64,000 bases of DNA from Oculina patagonica (Eukaryota): the NCBI RefSeq assembly GCF_052425735.1, contig NC_135759.1, positions 1,116,001 through 1,180,000 on the forward strand, given 5' to 3'. Of the stretch, positions 39,195 to 51,281 are shown one piece after another (the stretch's first letter is position 1; each line of letters starts with the position of its first letter). The position numbers and the translations under genes were made by a program. The notes beneath the pieces are model-generated. The model did not search any database. It saw nothing but the letters and a program-made list of their open reading frames with translations, and had not been told where the DNA came from.

Positions 39195-42100
39195 TTACAG
39201 CTGTATCTGTTTCTTAGATTTATGCTTCTCTATTTGAATTTTGCTTGTAAGGATGGCCATGAAAGCTTCCCAGTAGTACTCTTCTTCTTTTCTAGAGGCT
39301 GTGTAAATATAATGTTTTGCGATAATCAAGCAGAGGTTTAAACCAAGTCGACGAGAGAAGTCATTGGTAACACCGTATATAATCATGTTTTCATCAAGAG
39401 TTATTGGCTCAGAGTTTTTGGAATTCCACCAATTAGTATAGTGAGACCAAAAACTTTTAACGTTCAAACAGGTAGCAAAAAGATGAGTAAGTGTTTGTCT
39501 GTCAGAGCATAGATGGCATTTATCTGTTTCTTTCAGTGCATCTCTAAAAAGCGTTGAATTTGTTGGCAAAATATGATGAATAATTTTAAATTGAAAGATG
39601 GCAAGTCTGGTGTCCTTAGTGACTTTGAAAGGAAGGCTATAAATGAGTTGTATTGTTTTCTCATTCAAATTTGCTTTTACCATCCTTTTTTCAGCAGTAG
39701 GTGTTAAAAACTTTTTTTTAACAAGGAATTCTGTTGCCGATTTGCAAGAGAGCTTATTTAAAGGTATTCTATCGTTATCTTTACCATCCAATGGCGCCTG
39801 GATATTTCCTTTTAGGATATTAATCCATTCTCTAGGGATTGCGTGGCATAAGCCATGATACGTAAGAAAGTTAGCTTTGATTTTAAATCTAGAGCAGAAC
39901 TCAGAAAAAGATAGAAAGGCGTTGTTTTGGAAAATGTCTTTGATTCTAATGACTCCTGCTGCGTGCCATGTTTTGTAATAAACAGAAAATCCTCCAATTT
40001 TAATGAAACGATTATTCCAAATAACTTCATTCAAAATTTGCTCTTTGGTGTTAGGAGAGATACAATTTATTTTGCCCCAGGCGAGGAGAGCTTCTGAGTA
40101 AAAAGCAAGTGGCATTTCAATTTTAAGTGCTTTTAAGTCGAAATTACATTGAAGTAGAAACAAACCTCCGACATCCCTAAGGTAGCTCAATGGTATGTGG
40201 CCCCAACTTGAAGTTTCTTTACTGTCGTTAAGTCTTTTTATCCAGGAAACTTTAAGGGCTTCGTTGATTATTTCGAAATCAGGCATATCCAGTCCACCTT
40301 TTTCTTTCGGGCCGATCATAGTCTTTTGTTTTATTTTAACTTTCTTGTTCCACACAAATTGGGTAATTGCTTGATTTACCATTTTGACAAATTTCGAAGG
40401 AAAGGTGAGCACCGATGTGATATATACAAGTTTAGAGATTGCGAGCGATTTTAGAATCGTTATACGGCCATATAATGTGAGGTTTCTAGGATACCATAAG
40501 TTGAGAAGGCTTTTCATTGTGTTCAGCTTTTGTTCGAAGTTTTTCTTGTAAGCAACTTCATCATCATATGAAAAGTGAATACCTAATGCGAGTATTGAAT
40601 TGGAAGGCCAAGCTATTCCGAGGGGTTCCGTTGTATTACTTCTGTTCGCACCTAACCACAATCCTTCAGTTTTGCTTTTATTAATCTCTAGACCTGAGCA
40701 TTCCTGAAAGTTTGACAATAGTTGGAACAAGTTTGTTGCAGATTTTAAGTCAGAAACAAAGACAGTTGTGTCATCGGCATATTGAGAAAGCTTGAATTCT
40801 TTGTTATATACATTAATTCCTTGAATAGATTTGTCAGTTCTGATAGCATTAGCTAGAATTTCAGCACATAAAACAAATAAAATCCCCGAGAGTGGACAGC
40901 CTTGACGAACGCCCCTCTCAGGTTTGAAAAATTCAGACGCATATCCGTTGTTTATGAAGCCATTGGAGCAATCCGTATAAAAGGTTTTTATCCACTTTTG
41001 AATGCATGGACCGAAGTTAAAAGCTTGTAGGGTTTTATGAAGAAAATTCCAGTCGACAGTGTCAAAGGCTTTCTTAAAATCAATGAATATAGCCAGCCGA
41101 GGGATGTCTTTTAATTCAGTTACCTTCATGATATCCATAATAAGCCTAATGTTTTGACCAATATAACGGTCTTTGACGTAACCGGTCTGATCATCATTGA
41201 TTATTTTGGGAAGAACTTTTGAAATCCTATGAGCTATGGCTTTAGTTGCGATTTTGTAGTCAACATTAAGTAGTGTTAGCGGTCTCCAGTTTTCAAGATA
41301 TAATTTATCTTTACGTTTTTTTGGTATAACTTTGATAATTCCTTGCTTTTGTGTTATATTTAAGTGTTGATGTTCGAACCCGTAATTTAAACTTTGTACC
41401 AACTCTTCACCCAGCATCGGCCAGAAGTGTAGATAAAACTCTACTGAAAGTCCGTCGCTTCCAGGGCATTTGCCCTTGGCGCACTGCTCTAAAATGTGAA
41501 GGCATTCTTCGTTAGTAAGTGGGTGTTCTAGCTCACTTTTTCCAGTTTCATCTAGCTTAACAAGATTAGGATCCTCAAAGAATAGTTTGTACTTCGAATT
41601 GTTGCACGGCGCTGCAGTATAGAGATTTTTATAGAACATCTTTCCTTGTTCTAGAATTTCCTTCGGAGAAGTGATTTCTCTATCGTCGTTTGTTTTCAAT
41701 TTTGAAATATGCGTCTTGCAGTGCTGTCTTTTCTCTAAATTCAAAAAATACTTAGTGTTTTTTTCGCCTTGTTCATGCCAGCGTGTTCTACTTCTTATTA
41801 TTGCGCCTTTTGTTCGATACTCCGCAAGCACATTAAGTTCAGCTCTAAGACGATAAAGTTTTAAAATGTTTTCTTTTGATCGCTCCGTCTTCAGCAAGTT
41901 CATCAAATGATCAATTTGAGTTTGAAGGTTTTTTTCCGTATTTCTGCGTTCTCTATTTTTCCGTTTTGTATACTGGACACAGAAGCCTCTCACTTCCATC
42001 TTTATCATGTCCCAGTAAAGACCTTTGTCCTCTAGATAATAGTGCTTTGTTTTAAAATCGGGTATCTTGTTAGAAAGTTCCTGTATGAAATTTTCATCAC

Positions 42101-42884
42101 CCAGCAGGGAGTTGTTTATTTTCCAAAAACCGGGGCCTCGTTGAATATATTCTTTTGATTGCAGATTAAGAATAATTGCAGAATGATCAGACAATGTGTA
42201 ATGAACAATTGTAGAATCTTTCACAGAGTTTGACAAGTCTTTTGAAACCAGCCAGTAATCCAGCCTGCATTGTACTTTTAGGGAATTGTTACGCCACGTG
42301 TATTGTGACTGATTGGGGTGTTGACTCCTCCATACATCTTGTAAATTGTACGTTTTGCATAAATTATTGATCTCGCTAATTACTGCTTTTTTCCTTTCAA
42401 TAGAAGTTCCGCCGGTTTTGTCTAAAGGTGCTAGGGCGCAATTGAAGTCACCCCCAAGAATAATTTGCATATCAGCGTATTCTCGAAGAGTGTCATTGAG
42501 CTTTGAAAAGAATATTTTTTGACTGTTATTGTCGTTTGGGCTGTAAATATTGCAAAGTAAAAACGTAGAATCATACAGCGAGACTTCTAGCAGTATATAC
42601 CTTCCGTTTTTATCAGCTATAGCGTTTTTAATGCAAACATCTAATTTCGGATTAAAGAGGATTGCAACGCCTTTGGAATGATTTGTCCCGTGACTGAAGA
42701 AAAAATTCCCTCCCCATTCTGATTTCCACACTGCTTCTATATTTTCCGTAGAGTAAGTTTCTTGAAGAAAGATTACATCAAATTTATAGTTGTGAAGCCA
42801 TCTGAAAAGTTGTCTCCTTTTTCTTGTTTGGTTTAAATCTCTTGCATTGAGTGAGCAAAACGAAGCTTTAAACGGTGTTGTCAT
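39195..42884 (-). CDS. LINE ORF2p: APE endonuclease, reverse transcriptase and C-terminal zinc knuckle
   Basis: FLQET, GGDFN, RLDY, SDH; PGSDGL, WRPLTLLNVDYK, DFKKAFD, GVRQGCPLS, YADD; CHLC..HLFATC. Confidence 0.96.
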   Translation of the reverse strand: MTTPFKASFCSLNARDLNQTRKRRQLFRWLHNYKFDVIFLQETYSTENIEAVWKSEWGGNFFFSHGTNHSKGVAILFNPKLDVCIKNAIADKNGRYILLEVSLYDSTFLLCNIYSPNDNNSQKIFFSKLNDTLREYADMQIILGGDFNCALAPLDKTGGTSIERKKAVISEINNLCKTYNLQDVWRSQHPNQSQYTWRNNSLKVQCRLDYWLVSKDLSNSVKDSTIVHYTLSDHSAIILNLQSKEYIQRGPGFWKINNSLLGDENFIQELSNKIPDFKTKHYYLEDKGLYWDMIKMEVRGFCVQYTKRKNRERRNTEKNLQTQIDHLMNLLKTERSKENILKLYRLRAELNVLAEYRTKGAIIRSRTRWHEQGEKNTKYFLNLEKRQHCKTHISKLKTNDDREITSPKEILEQGKMFYKNLYTAAPCNNSKYKLFFEDPNLVKLDETGKSELEHPLTNEECLHILEQCAKGKCPGSDGLSVEFYLHFWPMLGEELVQSLNYGFEHQHLNITQKQGIIKVIPKKRKDKLYLENWRPLTLLNVDYKIATKAIAHRISKVLPKIINDDQTGYVKDRYIGQNIRLIMDIMKVTELKDIPRLAIFIDFKKAFDTVDWNFLHKTLQAFNFGPCIQKWIKTFYTDCSNGFINNGYASEFFKPERGVRQGCPLSGILFVLCAEILANAIRTDKSIQGINVYNKEFKLSQYADDTTVFVSDLKSATNLFQLLSNFQECSGLEINKSKTEGLWLGANRSNTTEPLGIAWPSNSILALGIHFSYDDEVAYKKNFEQKLNTMKSLLNLWYPRNLTLYGRITILKSLAISKLVYITSVLTFPSKFVKMVNQAITQFVWNKKVKIKQKTMIGPKEKGGLDMPDFEIINEALKVSWIKRLNDSKETSSWGHIPLSYLRDVGGLFLLQCNFDLKALKIEMPLAFYSEALLAWGKINCISPNTKEQILNEVIWNNRFIKIGGFSVYYKTWHAAGVIRIKDIFQNNAFLSFSEFCSRFKIKANFLTYHGLCHAIPREWINILKGNIQAPLDGKDNDRIPLNKLSCKSATEFLVKKKFLTPTAEKRMVKANLNEKTIQLIYSLPFKVTKDTRLAIFQFKIIHHILPTNSTLFRDALKETDKCHLCSDRQTLTHLFATCLNVKSFWSHYTNWWNSKNSEPITLDENMIIYGVTNDFSRRLGLNLCLIIAKHYIYTASRKEEEYYWEAFMAILTSKIQIEKHKSKKQIQL

Positions 42885-43561
42885 ATCCCGTGATTGTGTA
42901 ATATTTTCTTACCGATTTGAGGGAAGACTTCATGGTAATCCGAGTTGTGATATTTGAACATATTTCGATTTTTGAAAAAATAGTGCTATTCTTGCAGCTT
43001 GACTTTAGAAATAGGAACAAGGCATAGTTGTATCTTACAAGATTGATTAAATATAGTTGCTTACTTGTAAGTGTTACTGTATTTCTAAATATTAGCCAAG
43101 AAACCTCTAGAATAAATATTAACAAACAAACAAAAATTCTAAAAACTACAAAAATATCGGACACACGCGAGCGACTGAAACGTGCCAGTTTGTGAGTAAA
43201 CTAGCGTAGTGAACTACTTTGCCGACTAATTGAATAGTGGAAACCACGAAACACATAAACAGCAGCGTTAAACTTGAATACACGGCGAAAAGCCAAAATA
43301 AATTTACAACTATACACTAGCAAACAAATAAAAGAAGAGCTTATGTAACTTGGAAAAAGAAATAACGAATGCAAAACAGAACCTACGGCACACGGACAGT
43401 ATCGCACTACGAACTACTTTACTAACCGAATTAGTAAAGGATGCAAGGAAGCCGAAAATCTGAAATCTAAATGTAAATGACTCCTTGAGTACGTATCACC
43501 TTACCGTGCAAGATTGATTCTGGAAGCCGTCTTCATCAGTAGTAACTAGGGACAGCGAATC

Positions 43562-44473
43562 TTATGAAGACAAAATTTTAGCGTAAAATGGGAACTTCTC
43601 AGTTTCAGGTCCGCGATATATTTGTCCATTAACAATAAGTTTGTCGACGTTGAAAGCGGCTGGAATCTTTTGCTTTTTGGCGTTTTTCAGGACCGGCAGC
43701 AGAGCTTTTCTCATTTCATCTATCTCCTTCGGGTAGTCGTCTGCGACACCGATCTTTAGCTCAGAGTCGATGTTCTTTACGTGTTGAAAAATACTCGTCT
43801 TATCTTTGTAGAAGCTCAGCTTTGCTATAATGGGTCTTGGTTTGTCGCTAGGCGTCTTCGAGGAACGTTTAGTGGGTATGCGGTGCACTCTTTCAAATTG
43901 TAACTTGTCAACAACTTCTTCTGTCATTTTGAGCTCATTAATGAGGAGTTGTTTTAGCACCTTTTCTGTTTCATACGAATTGTCTGCTGCTTCTGTTTCT
44001 TGGACATTGAAGAATTTGACATTGCTTCTCCTGGACTGCGCCTCGATTTTAATGTTCCGTGCCGTCTGTTTCTGCAATTGCTGGTCAACGGTGAGCAGCT
44101 GGGCTTTCATGTTATCTAATTCGGTTTTCATTTCTTTTTGGATCTTTCTCAAATCCTTCGCTTCGTCAGTAGCCCACTGCAGCGATTTCTTCAACTCTGC
44201 ATTTTCTTCTTTTAACGACGCGAATTGGGCGTTGAGATCCTCAACCAGAGGGCAGAGGGAAAGCAACTTATCGAGCTTCAGGTTGATTTCATTCAGACGT
44301 TCATCGTACATGTCTTCATTCATCGTACCATTTTCATCTTGCTGGCCGCCATATTGGTCTTCCATGAAAGCGGCGTCGGTCGACTCGTCGTCTGTCTTGG
44401 AGCTGTTTTCCCTCTGTCGTTTTCTACTTCGTTCCTTTTTTGATTCGTTTGGCTTTTCGCTATCCTTATTCAT
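43562..44473 (-). CDS. LINE ORF1p (coiled coil plus L1-type RRM)
   Basis: Heptad-rich N-terminal half, RRSNVKFFNVQE, FERVHRI, PRPIIAKL; lies upstream of ORF2. Confidence 0.9.
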   Translation of the reverse strand: MNKDSEKPNESKKERSRKRQRENSSKTDDESTDAAFMEDQYGGQQDENGTMNEDMYDERLNEINLKLDKLLSLCPLVEDLNAQFASLKEENAELKKSLQWATDEAKDLRKIQKEMKTELDNMKAQLLTVDQQLQKQTARNIKIEAQSRRSNVKFFNVQETEAADNSYETEKVLKQLLINELKMTEEVVDKLQFERVHRIPTKRSSKTPSDKPRPIIAKLSFYKDKTSIFQHVKNIDSELKIGVADDYPKEIDEMRKALLPVLKNAKKQKIPAAFNVDKLIVNGQIYRGPETEKFPFYAKILSS

Positions 44474-45921
44474 TTCATTTATTCAGCTTCGAAGAAAACG
44501 ATGACTTATTTCTCCGACATTTGGCGGAGCGTCGCAAGACGCGTCCGTCCACTAGCACGGCACGTGACCACGGGACAATATCTGCACTGTGACAAATAGA
44601 GAAAACTAATGTTGTCTTTTTGCCATAAACGTTTCGATTCCGCCAACCAGAAATAAACCTATATGAATTTATTTTGCTTTAAAACAATTAAAAAAAACTA
44701 GATTTCCGGACCAATTTCCTTTTTGTGTATAAAACGGCAGTTAAGTTACATGTCCCTTTCTTTTGTTGCTGTTTGTTTTTTTAAGTTTGTTTTTTATTTT
44801 TTTGCTGAATTCATAACTTCTTGGACAGAATGTACATTGCCTTTACGTCATCGTGCACTGTTAGTGAAAACGTGATGCATTTCACCTGTACAGAAATTAC
44901 TTCACGTCAACATGTGGATATCTTTTCTAATAGTTATCTATGGAATATGCATGAATACAAAATACAATAGAGAAAATGAAGATTTACCCATTTGCACCTT
45001 AATTCTCAGAAAATTATTAATGTCATACGCCAAATTACGCGGTCAGGATAATGAGTAGATATTGAAAGAAAGTTATCGTATTAGCGAAACTCGTTGTCAA
45101 TAGAGATAGGATAGCAACCAAAGGCGACTTCGGGAGGAAAAAAATTGATGTTTTTCCCAGCATGCCCGAAGAAGCGCCTTTTCAACTACCCCCCCCTCCC
45201 CCCTCGGGAGGGTTACTCAATGCAGTGGACTATACGGTGAGGCTCCGCCCGAAAGGCACACCTTCTCCAGGCTGTAGGTATATTAAAGAAAAGGGACTTT
45301 ACGAATTGGAGTATACATAAAAAACTGTCCTTTTATGAAAACAAGCATTTTAATGAAAATAGGGTCGGGGCAGAGGTGCTATGATTGCTGATCTTACGAT
45401 TGATTTCAAGCAAATTATTCGTGATTCTTTTTTGAAAGGGTGTTCTTTTAAGCAACATAAATATCGAATGAAATCAGATAGCATTTGTTCGCCTTTATCC
45501 GCCGTAACATGGTAAACCAGCTTTAAAACAAAAACACCAAACTTCTCTTTAAGAGACCAAATCCAACATCAAGCATGTACATGGTGGTGGTCATGAGCAA
45601 AAAGGAAATTGTCATGACAAATCATCAAATTCTCCCAACCAATACTACAAGAAATGTATGGAAAGCAGTAAGGAGAATTTGTATGTTGACATCAGGCCAC
45701 ATTACACAAGCTCTACTTTCACGTGTTACCATTACATCTGTTTATTGAAATGACCTGTCTTACACGACGTGAAATCTACTGATTTATTATTCTATCAGTT
45801 TTTCTTCTACTTTTCTACAATCCGGTTTGTTAGGTCACATAACCTAAAATGACAGTAAGTTTGCTTTTGTTCAATTTTATGATTCTTTATTGCCTGGAAA
45901 CTTTTCTTTTTCGATCAACAT

Positions 45922-47313
45922 TTAAATGGAGAAAATCATGCATTTACAGCAAACTCGTATTTCCTGGGTATAGGGCTTTAATTCCTCGTATCCCGTATGC
46001 GGATCACACTTTCCTGTCTTGTAAAGAAACCGCTGATTCAGCACAGCACTCTTGCAGCTGCCGAGCTGTCCTCCCGATGAGCACAACCTTTGTTCGTCTT
46101 GTTCACACGTGACCTCGTTGATGTATCTCGGAATCCTGTTAAAGCCCAGGAATGTCCCTGCAGGGCATTCCTTACATCCGCTGTTCGATGTGTGACAGGC
46201 TGTGCTGGAGGTCAGTGTGCTGGGCCGGGTGGGAGCGCGAAGAGGGAGATAAGTAATGTAGGAGATTTGACGTTGAGACGCACTCTCGTTTGTAACAAGG
46301 TTGGGGAATTTACTCGCCTCCTCCCAAGTAAACGCCATGTACTGTCGACTGTAGCCTCCTCCAAGTTGGTTCAGCATTATTATTAGCTGTGCTTGCGTGT
46401 ACGTCTTGCACCATAATGGCCAAACTCTCGGGATCTGGGATTTTTGGGGGAGTGGTTTAAGCGGATAAGTTGCCCAGTCCGTTTGGTTGCCATCTCTGTC
46501 TACAGAACCAAGATCCTCTGCAGCGATGGATAGACCGCTGACTGTTGCTAACCCCAGGTAGCTGATAACAGTCGTGATCGTTAAAAAGAGCTGCAAACAT
46601 ATAGATTGTAATAATAATAATATACGCCTTTTAAACCGCAGACGGTAAAAATAGAAATTGAAATGGATGTGAATATACGGCTATTTTTTTAATGGAACGT
46701 TCAAAGTTACCAAGATAATTTGGCCCTGTTACAAGCAGTTTTTTATACACTACCCATCTTTTGCAATTGGCTTAAAAAATATCAGCTCCTTAATTCCTTC
46801 TCTCCTGTTAAACAATTCTTCCGCTTTCGTTCCTATTTCTTCTCTTGCAAGACTTACAATACAGTTAGAAGAGTTTCAAGTAGTCTTTTTGTTCTCTTCT
46901 CTTCTCTTAGGTCTACTTTGTTCTTTCTCCCGTAATTTCACCTGAATGACCGGCTACAGCCTTTTATCAATCTTATACTGAGCTGCATCTGTGTGACATT
47001 TTCATTGCGTGCATTAATTACGGTTATCTTATAGTTCTCGACAAGACAGTAGTACAGTTGAATTAACCGATTGAATTAAATTAGCAGCGATAACCTGGGA
47101 ATGTTTCCAGCTGAAACGGACTTCTACTTCAAAGATGGAAATTCCTTGAGGCTCAATCTAATTTACTCTCAAACGTATCGTAACGATTTTTTTATTTCAG
47201 CTTCGGGGATACTCACGCCACTCTTCGGAAAAAGGCTTACGATTTGTTTTTTCTCATTATTGTTCTTAATATCTTCAGAGAAGAGAAGTACTAACCAGTA
47301 TTTTAGCGTCCAT
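45922..47313 (-). CDS. Cystine-knot family gene 9 (subfamily II, type B), intact
   Basis: Coding exon 47313-47296 (MDAKIL|GTTAGT) and acceptor gtttgcag|46590. Confidence 0.88.
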
Positions 47314-47925
47314 TTTCAGATATGCGAAATCTTGCTACAATTAACAAAAAATAAAACCAGGTTAGATTAATAGCGGCAACTGTTTGCTATTAAGAAACTT
47401 TGTAATTATTAATGCCACACGCAGTTTGTTTCGTTAATGGAGATGTTAGAAGCTACACTCTGGGCCATCCTTTTCAAGGTCACTTTGGTATCACCGTTAT
47501 GACGTTATTAAGCCAGTGAATATGGTTCTCTTAAAAAATAATGGATACATTAAAGATTTTAGTCTTGATACAATAGCCCTTTCTATACTCAAGCGGCACG
47601 TGTATTTATGTTGAAATGAATTTGAAGTAAGAAAAAAGCGAATAGCCGTTAACTTTGTACAGTTTGTGACTAGATTTAACCTTAAAGAAAAGATTTGTTC
47701 AATAGCTTTTCTTTAGTAAAAGCAAAAGGAAGGTGATTAGTCAGTATACAAGTACAAAATATCTGAGCAGTTGACTGAGCTCGAGTTTGAGGAGCTTTCT
47801 TTCAGCCTATTAGGCATAATCCGTTTTAAAATGTCGTAAAACGTTTTGAAGAAGCTCTCGCGTTGATTTAACAAAGAATAGAGCAAAACATCTTCTTATG
47901 TTGCAAAGATTAAGTCTTAAAATAC

Positions 47926-48033
47926 CTTTCTGTTTCAGTATCTTTTGCTTTTCTCCAGTTCAGTCAGTGTAGCTTCTGTTCTTCACTAGTTGCACCTTGA
48001 CTGTGCTAACCAGAAAATTGTCCTGTATTTATA
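47926..48033 (-). promoter_or_regulatory. TATA box and non-coding exon 1 of gene 9
   Basis: GTATAAATACAGG at 48028-48033 (minus strand); donor at 47926. Confidence 0.75.
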
Positions 48034-48157
48034 CTGCATTAAAAGCATAGTAATCCAGAGGAATCCTTTCGTCCTAATATGTCGGGTCCGCGACATTTTG
48101 ACAAATGGCATCACTGTTCATTCTGCGCTGTGACAAATAAAGAAAAACCAAGGAAAA

Positions 48158-48645
48158 TGTAATTTCTGACGTTTGAATGAATGAATTAGACAGAAATTAC
48201 TATTCTGACGGCACGATTGAGAGGTTCGCGGGTTGTTATGGGATGTCTAGGTATATATAGGTTTTGGCGGGAGATTTAGGTCATTCTACGTCGTCAGTCC
48301 TCGTCTTCGCTTGCTTTTCTTTTTTCTTTAAAGTGTTGTTTGTTCAGCTTTTGTAACTAGTCTATTGAAAAATGCTCTAGATTATTTAGTACCCTTTCTC
48401 TCGGGGTCTCGTGCTGCTGCATTAGATAAGGAATACGTTTCCACTTATTTTTGGCCACTTCTAAAGGGTGGTTTTTAGTGGTTTTTCGTATCTGGCGTAG
48501 CACACAACTTAATACTCTTAGAACGAACTGTTGTTTTTTGCTAGATTCAAGATTGTTATCAGGATGCATTTTGCATCAGATGACTAACTGACACATCCTC
48601 AATAAACTCTTTACATTGAATGTCTCGTGTTAGTGTAGTCAGAAT
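48158..48645. mobile_element. Unclassified ~490-bp insertion in the gene 9 promoter
   Basis: Absent from the paralogous promoter at ~26615-26620; short inverted ends ttctgac/gtcagaa. Confidence 0.6.
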
Positions 48646-49715
48646 TGGACAAAATTGCAATGTTGTCTTTCTGCCGTTAACTATTCGATTATGTCAACCA
48701 GAAATAAACCTAATAACTGCATTTTGCTTTTAAACAATTTAAAAGAAGTCGATTTCCGGACCAATTTCCTTTATGTGCATAACAAAGCATTTAAGTTACA
48801 GTTGAGCTAATGTTCCTGTTTGTTTTGTTTTCCTGATGTTTTTGCTGAATTTGTAATTTCTTGAACAGAAAGTACATAGCCTTTACGTCATCGTGTATGG
48901 TAAGTGAAAACGTAATGCGTATCACCCGTACAGAAATGGGGGGATTAGAAATTACTTCAGGTCCACATGTGGATATCTTCTCTTAATAGTTATGTATGGA
49001 AATATACATGAATCAAGAGAAAAAATACGGTAGAGAAAATGAAGATTTTGGAAACGTAAAACTTTTAATACATTAATGCCAATTTACCCTTATTTGCACC
49101 TTTCTCAGGAAATTGCTTAATGTCATGCGCTACATTATGTTGTCAGAATGATGAGACATTGAAAGAAAGTTAGCTCTTATTAGCAAAATTCATAGTCACT
49201 GAGATGGGTTAGTAAATAAAGGCTGCTTAAGAAGGAAACATTTTTTTTTTAGTTTGCCCGTTTTGGCCTTTTTGCTCAAACAGCAAGTAACTCCGAACCC
49301 CACTTTCCTTGGAAAAATATGTTTTTGTCATAAAACCGTTAAAAAAACAGAGTTTGAAGATGTAGATAAAAAATTGTGAGAAAAAAGTGCAAACAAATTA
49401 TTCTGAAATATTGTCTAATAATGGACTTTGCAGTGTAAGGGATGTAAGGTCACAGGTTTTAAATGTTCATACAAGAAATCATGGGAGACCCAGTCTAAAA
49501 CTTAAAGTAATGTCACATTAAAGTTGCCTTCAGCTTCAGCATGAAAAAGATAAGGTTAAATTGATGATAACATTGACTCGCAGTGAATTTTCTTTCGACG
49601 TGAATTATCACTTTATTTTAAGAACTTTTAATGCCGATTTTAGGAAAGTAAGAAGTATGTAATAATGTCATAAGAATCAGGGCAGAGCCAGCATTGGCTG
49701 CTGGGGCGAATGCCG

Positions 49716-49980
49716 TTTCAGTTATTACGCCGCAAAACAATGGAACGGACTTCCCGAGAACGTACGCTGCCTAGCTGGCACCAAAGATTTTATACGCAAC
49801 ATTCGAAATTTAACGTTTTAAATTGTAAGTTTTTATTTTTTAGGACTTTTTATAGCGATGTTAATCAATCAAGGGTGTTTTAATTTTTTTATATTTTTAA
49901 TCATGTTAATTATATTATCTATAGTAGCTAGCATTTATGTATGTAAGTATGAGAAAAGTAAGGATAATTTCTTTGTTGAT
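49716..49980 (+). mobile_element. Probable 3' end of a CR1/L2-like LINE
   Basis: Translates FSYYAAKQWNGLPENVR..F..I*, typical of ORF2 C-termini; absent from the paralogous region near 25550. Confidence 0.5.
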
Positions 49981-49983
49981 ATA

Positions 49984-51050
49984 CAGTATGGGGCCCAGTT
50001 CTCGGCCACTTTTGACGTAAACTTGTATTTCTTACCTCAGAGGACCCGCAGGAACTTGAAATGTCGCCCAGAGCTAACTACATTATTCAGCTTTTTGTTG
50101 TAAAGCTATCGACCGGTCAATAATTAATTTGCCTGAGCAATAATAAAAATAAAAGCTTCGTTTGTGGGCCCAGTTCTCGGCCACCCGGACCCAGTTTTCG
50201 GCCACCAAAAAGCTTGTGCGGAATATTCTGTATAAAAAGGCTCAATTAATTTCTACAGTCATAAAATCACTCTGTAAACTTATTTATGTTATGTCGATCC
50301 CAAATTATTTTATGAGACTTTGTTTTACTTTGGAAAAGAAGGTTTTTAACGCGCCTTGTTGCTTGCCTATGTGCAGGGTCTGGCAAACCCGCAGAACTAC
50401 GTTGTGTGACCAATGCATTTAGATGGTTTATTTTGCAGTGAAAAGGTCTTGAAAGAGTTAGGTGTTGGAGAAATAATAGAAAAGACAAAAGTCAGCTCAA
50501 AACTTAGATATTTAATTGAACTTTATTTTTAAAACATTTCTTTCTTTCATTATTGCTGCAGCAGATGAAATTATATTAAAACAAAAGCACTAAACTGTGA
50601 TAGCGAGCAGGGTGGCCGAGAACTGGCAAATACGCAAAAGTCGCACGAAAAAATTTCGAAGTAAATTAAGACCAAAATATACAGCGGTTCAACAAAAAGT
50701 TAACTTAAGCAGAAAGCTGAATTATTCTTAGTTTTATATGCCAAAAATTAGCTCGTTTGGTAGGGGCTCACGGACAAAATACAAATTTAACTACATCCAT
50801 GAATTTTAAGGAGCCGTATTAAAACAAACAAGTTTTCGAAAAAAACAAATTCACCTACCTTCGCATAAACTCGACGTGTGAGTTTTCTATAGCGAGTTGA
50901 AAGATCAAACGCAAGATACTAAGATCACAAGAATCAGTCTATCGTTTGAAGGAAAAAACTGTTTCTTTTAATTCAACTGTGGCGTGAAAAAATGCGTTGA
51001 ACACAAAGTGGCCGAGAACTGGACCCGGCTGAGAACTGGGCCCCATACTG
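49984..51050. mobile_element. Non-autonomous Tc1/mariner/pogo-type DNA transposon
   Basis: 24-bp TIR cagtatggggcccagttctc(g/a)gcc, TA duplication, internal copies of the TIR motif. Confidence 0.88.
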
Positions 51051-51281
51051 TAACTGTGATATCAGACCACATTACACAAGCTCCACTCTCACTTCACTGT
51101 TTTATTAAAATAAATTGTTTTTACAATTGCAACAAAATAAAATATATGTTTACTGTATCATATTCTTTCTGCATTTTTGTATATAACGGTTAGTAAACCA
51201 ACAAAACTTTAATAATTTTATAAATAGTAATTTATTTCACAATTTCCTTACTGTGTAACTCAGTTCTTTCTTCATTCAAAG

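Larger units (their letters stand above)
38932..44580 (-). mobile_element. Full-length L1/Tx1-clade LINE
   Basis: 33-nt poly(A) tail (T-run 38932-38964); 15-bp TSD tctgcactgtgacaa at 38917-38931 and 44581-44595; two intact ORFs. Confidence 0.95.

Noticed and set aside
43830-44504. 224-aa plus-strand ORF
   Set aside because: Antisense shadow of the LINE ORF1 coiled-coil region.
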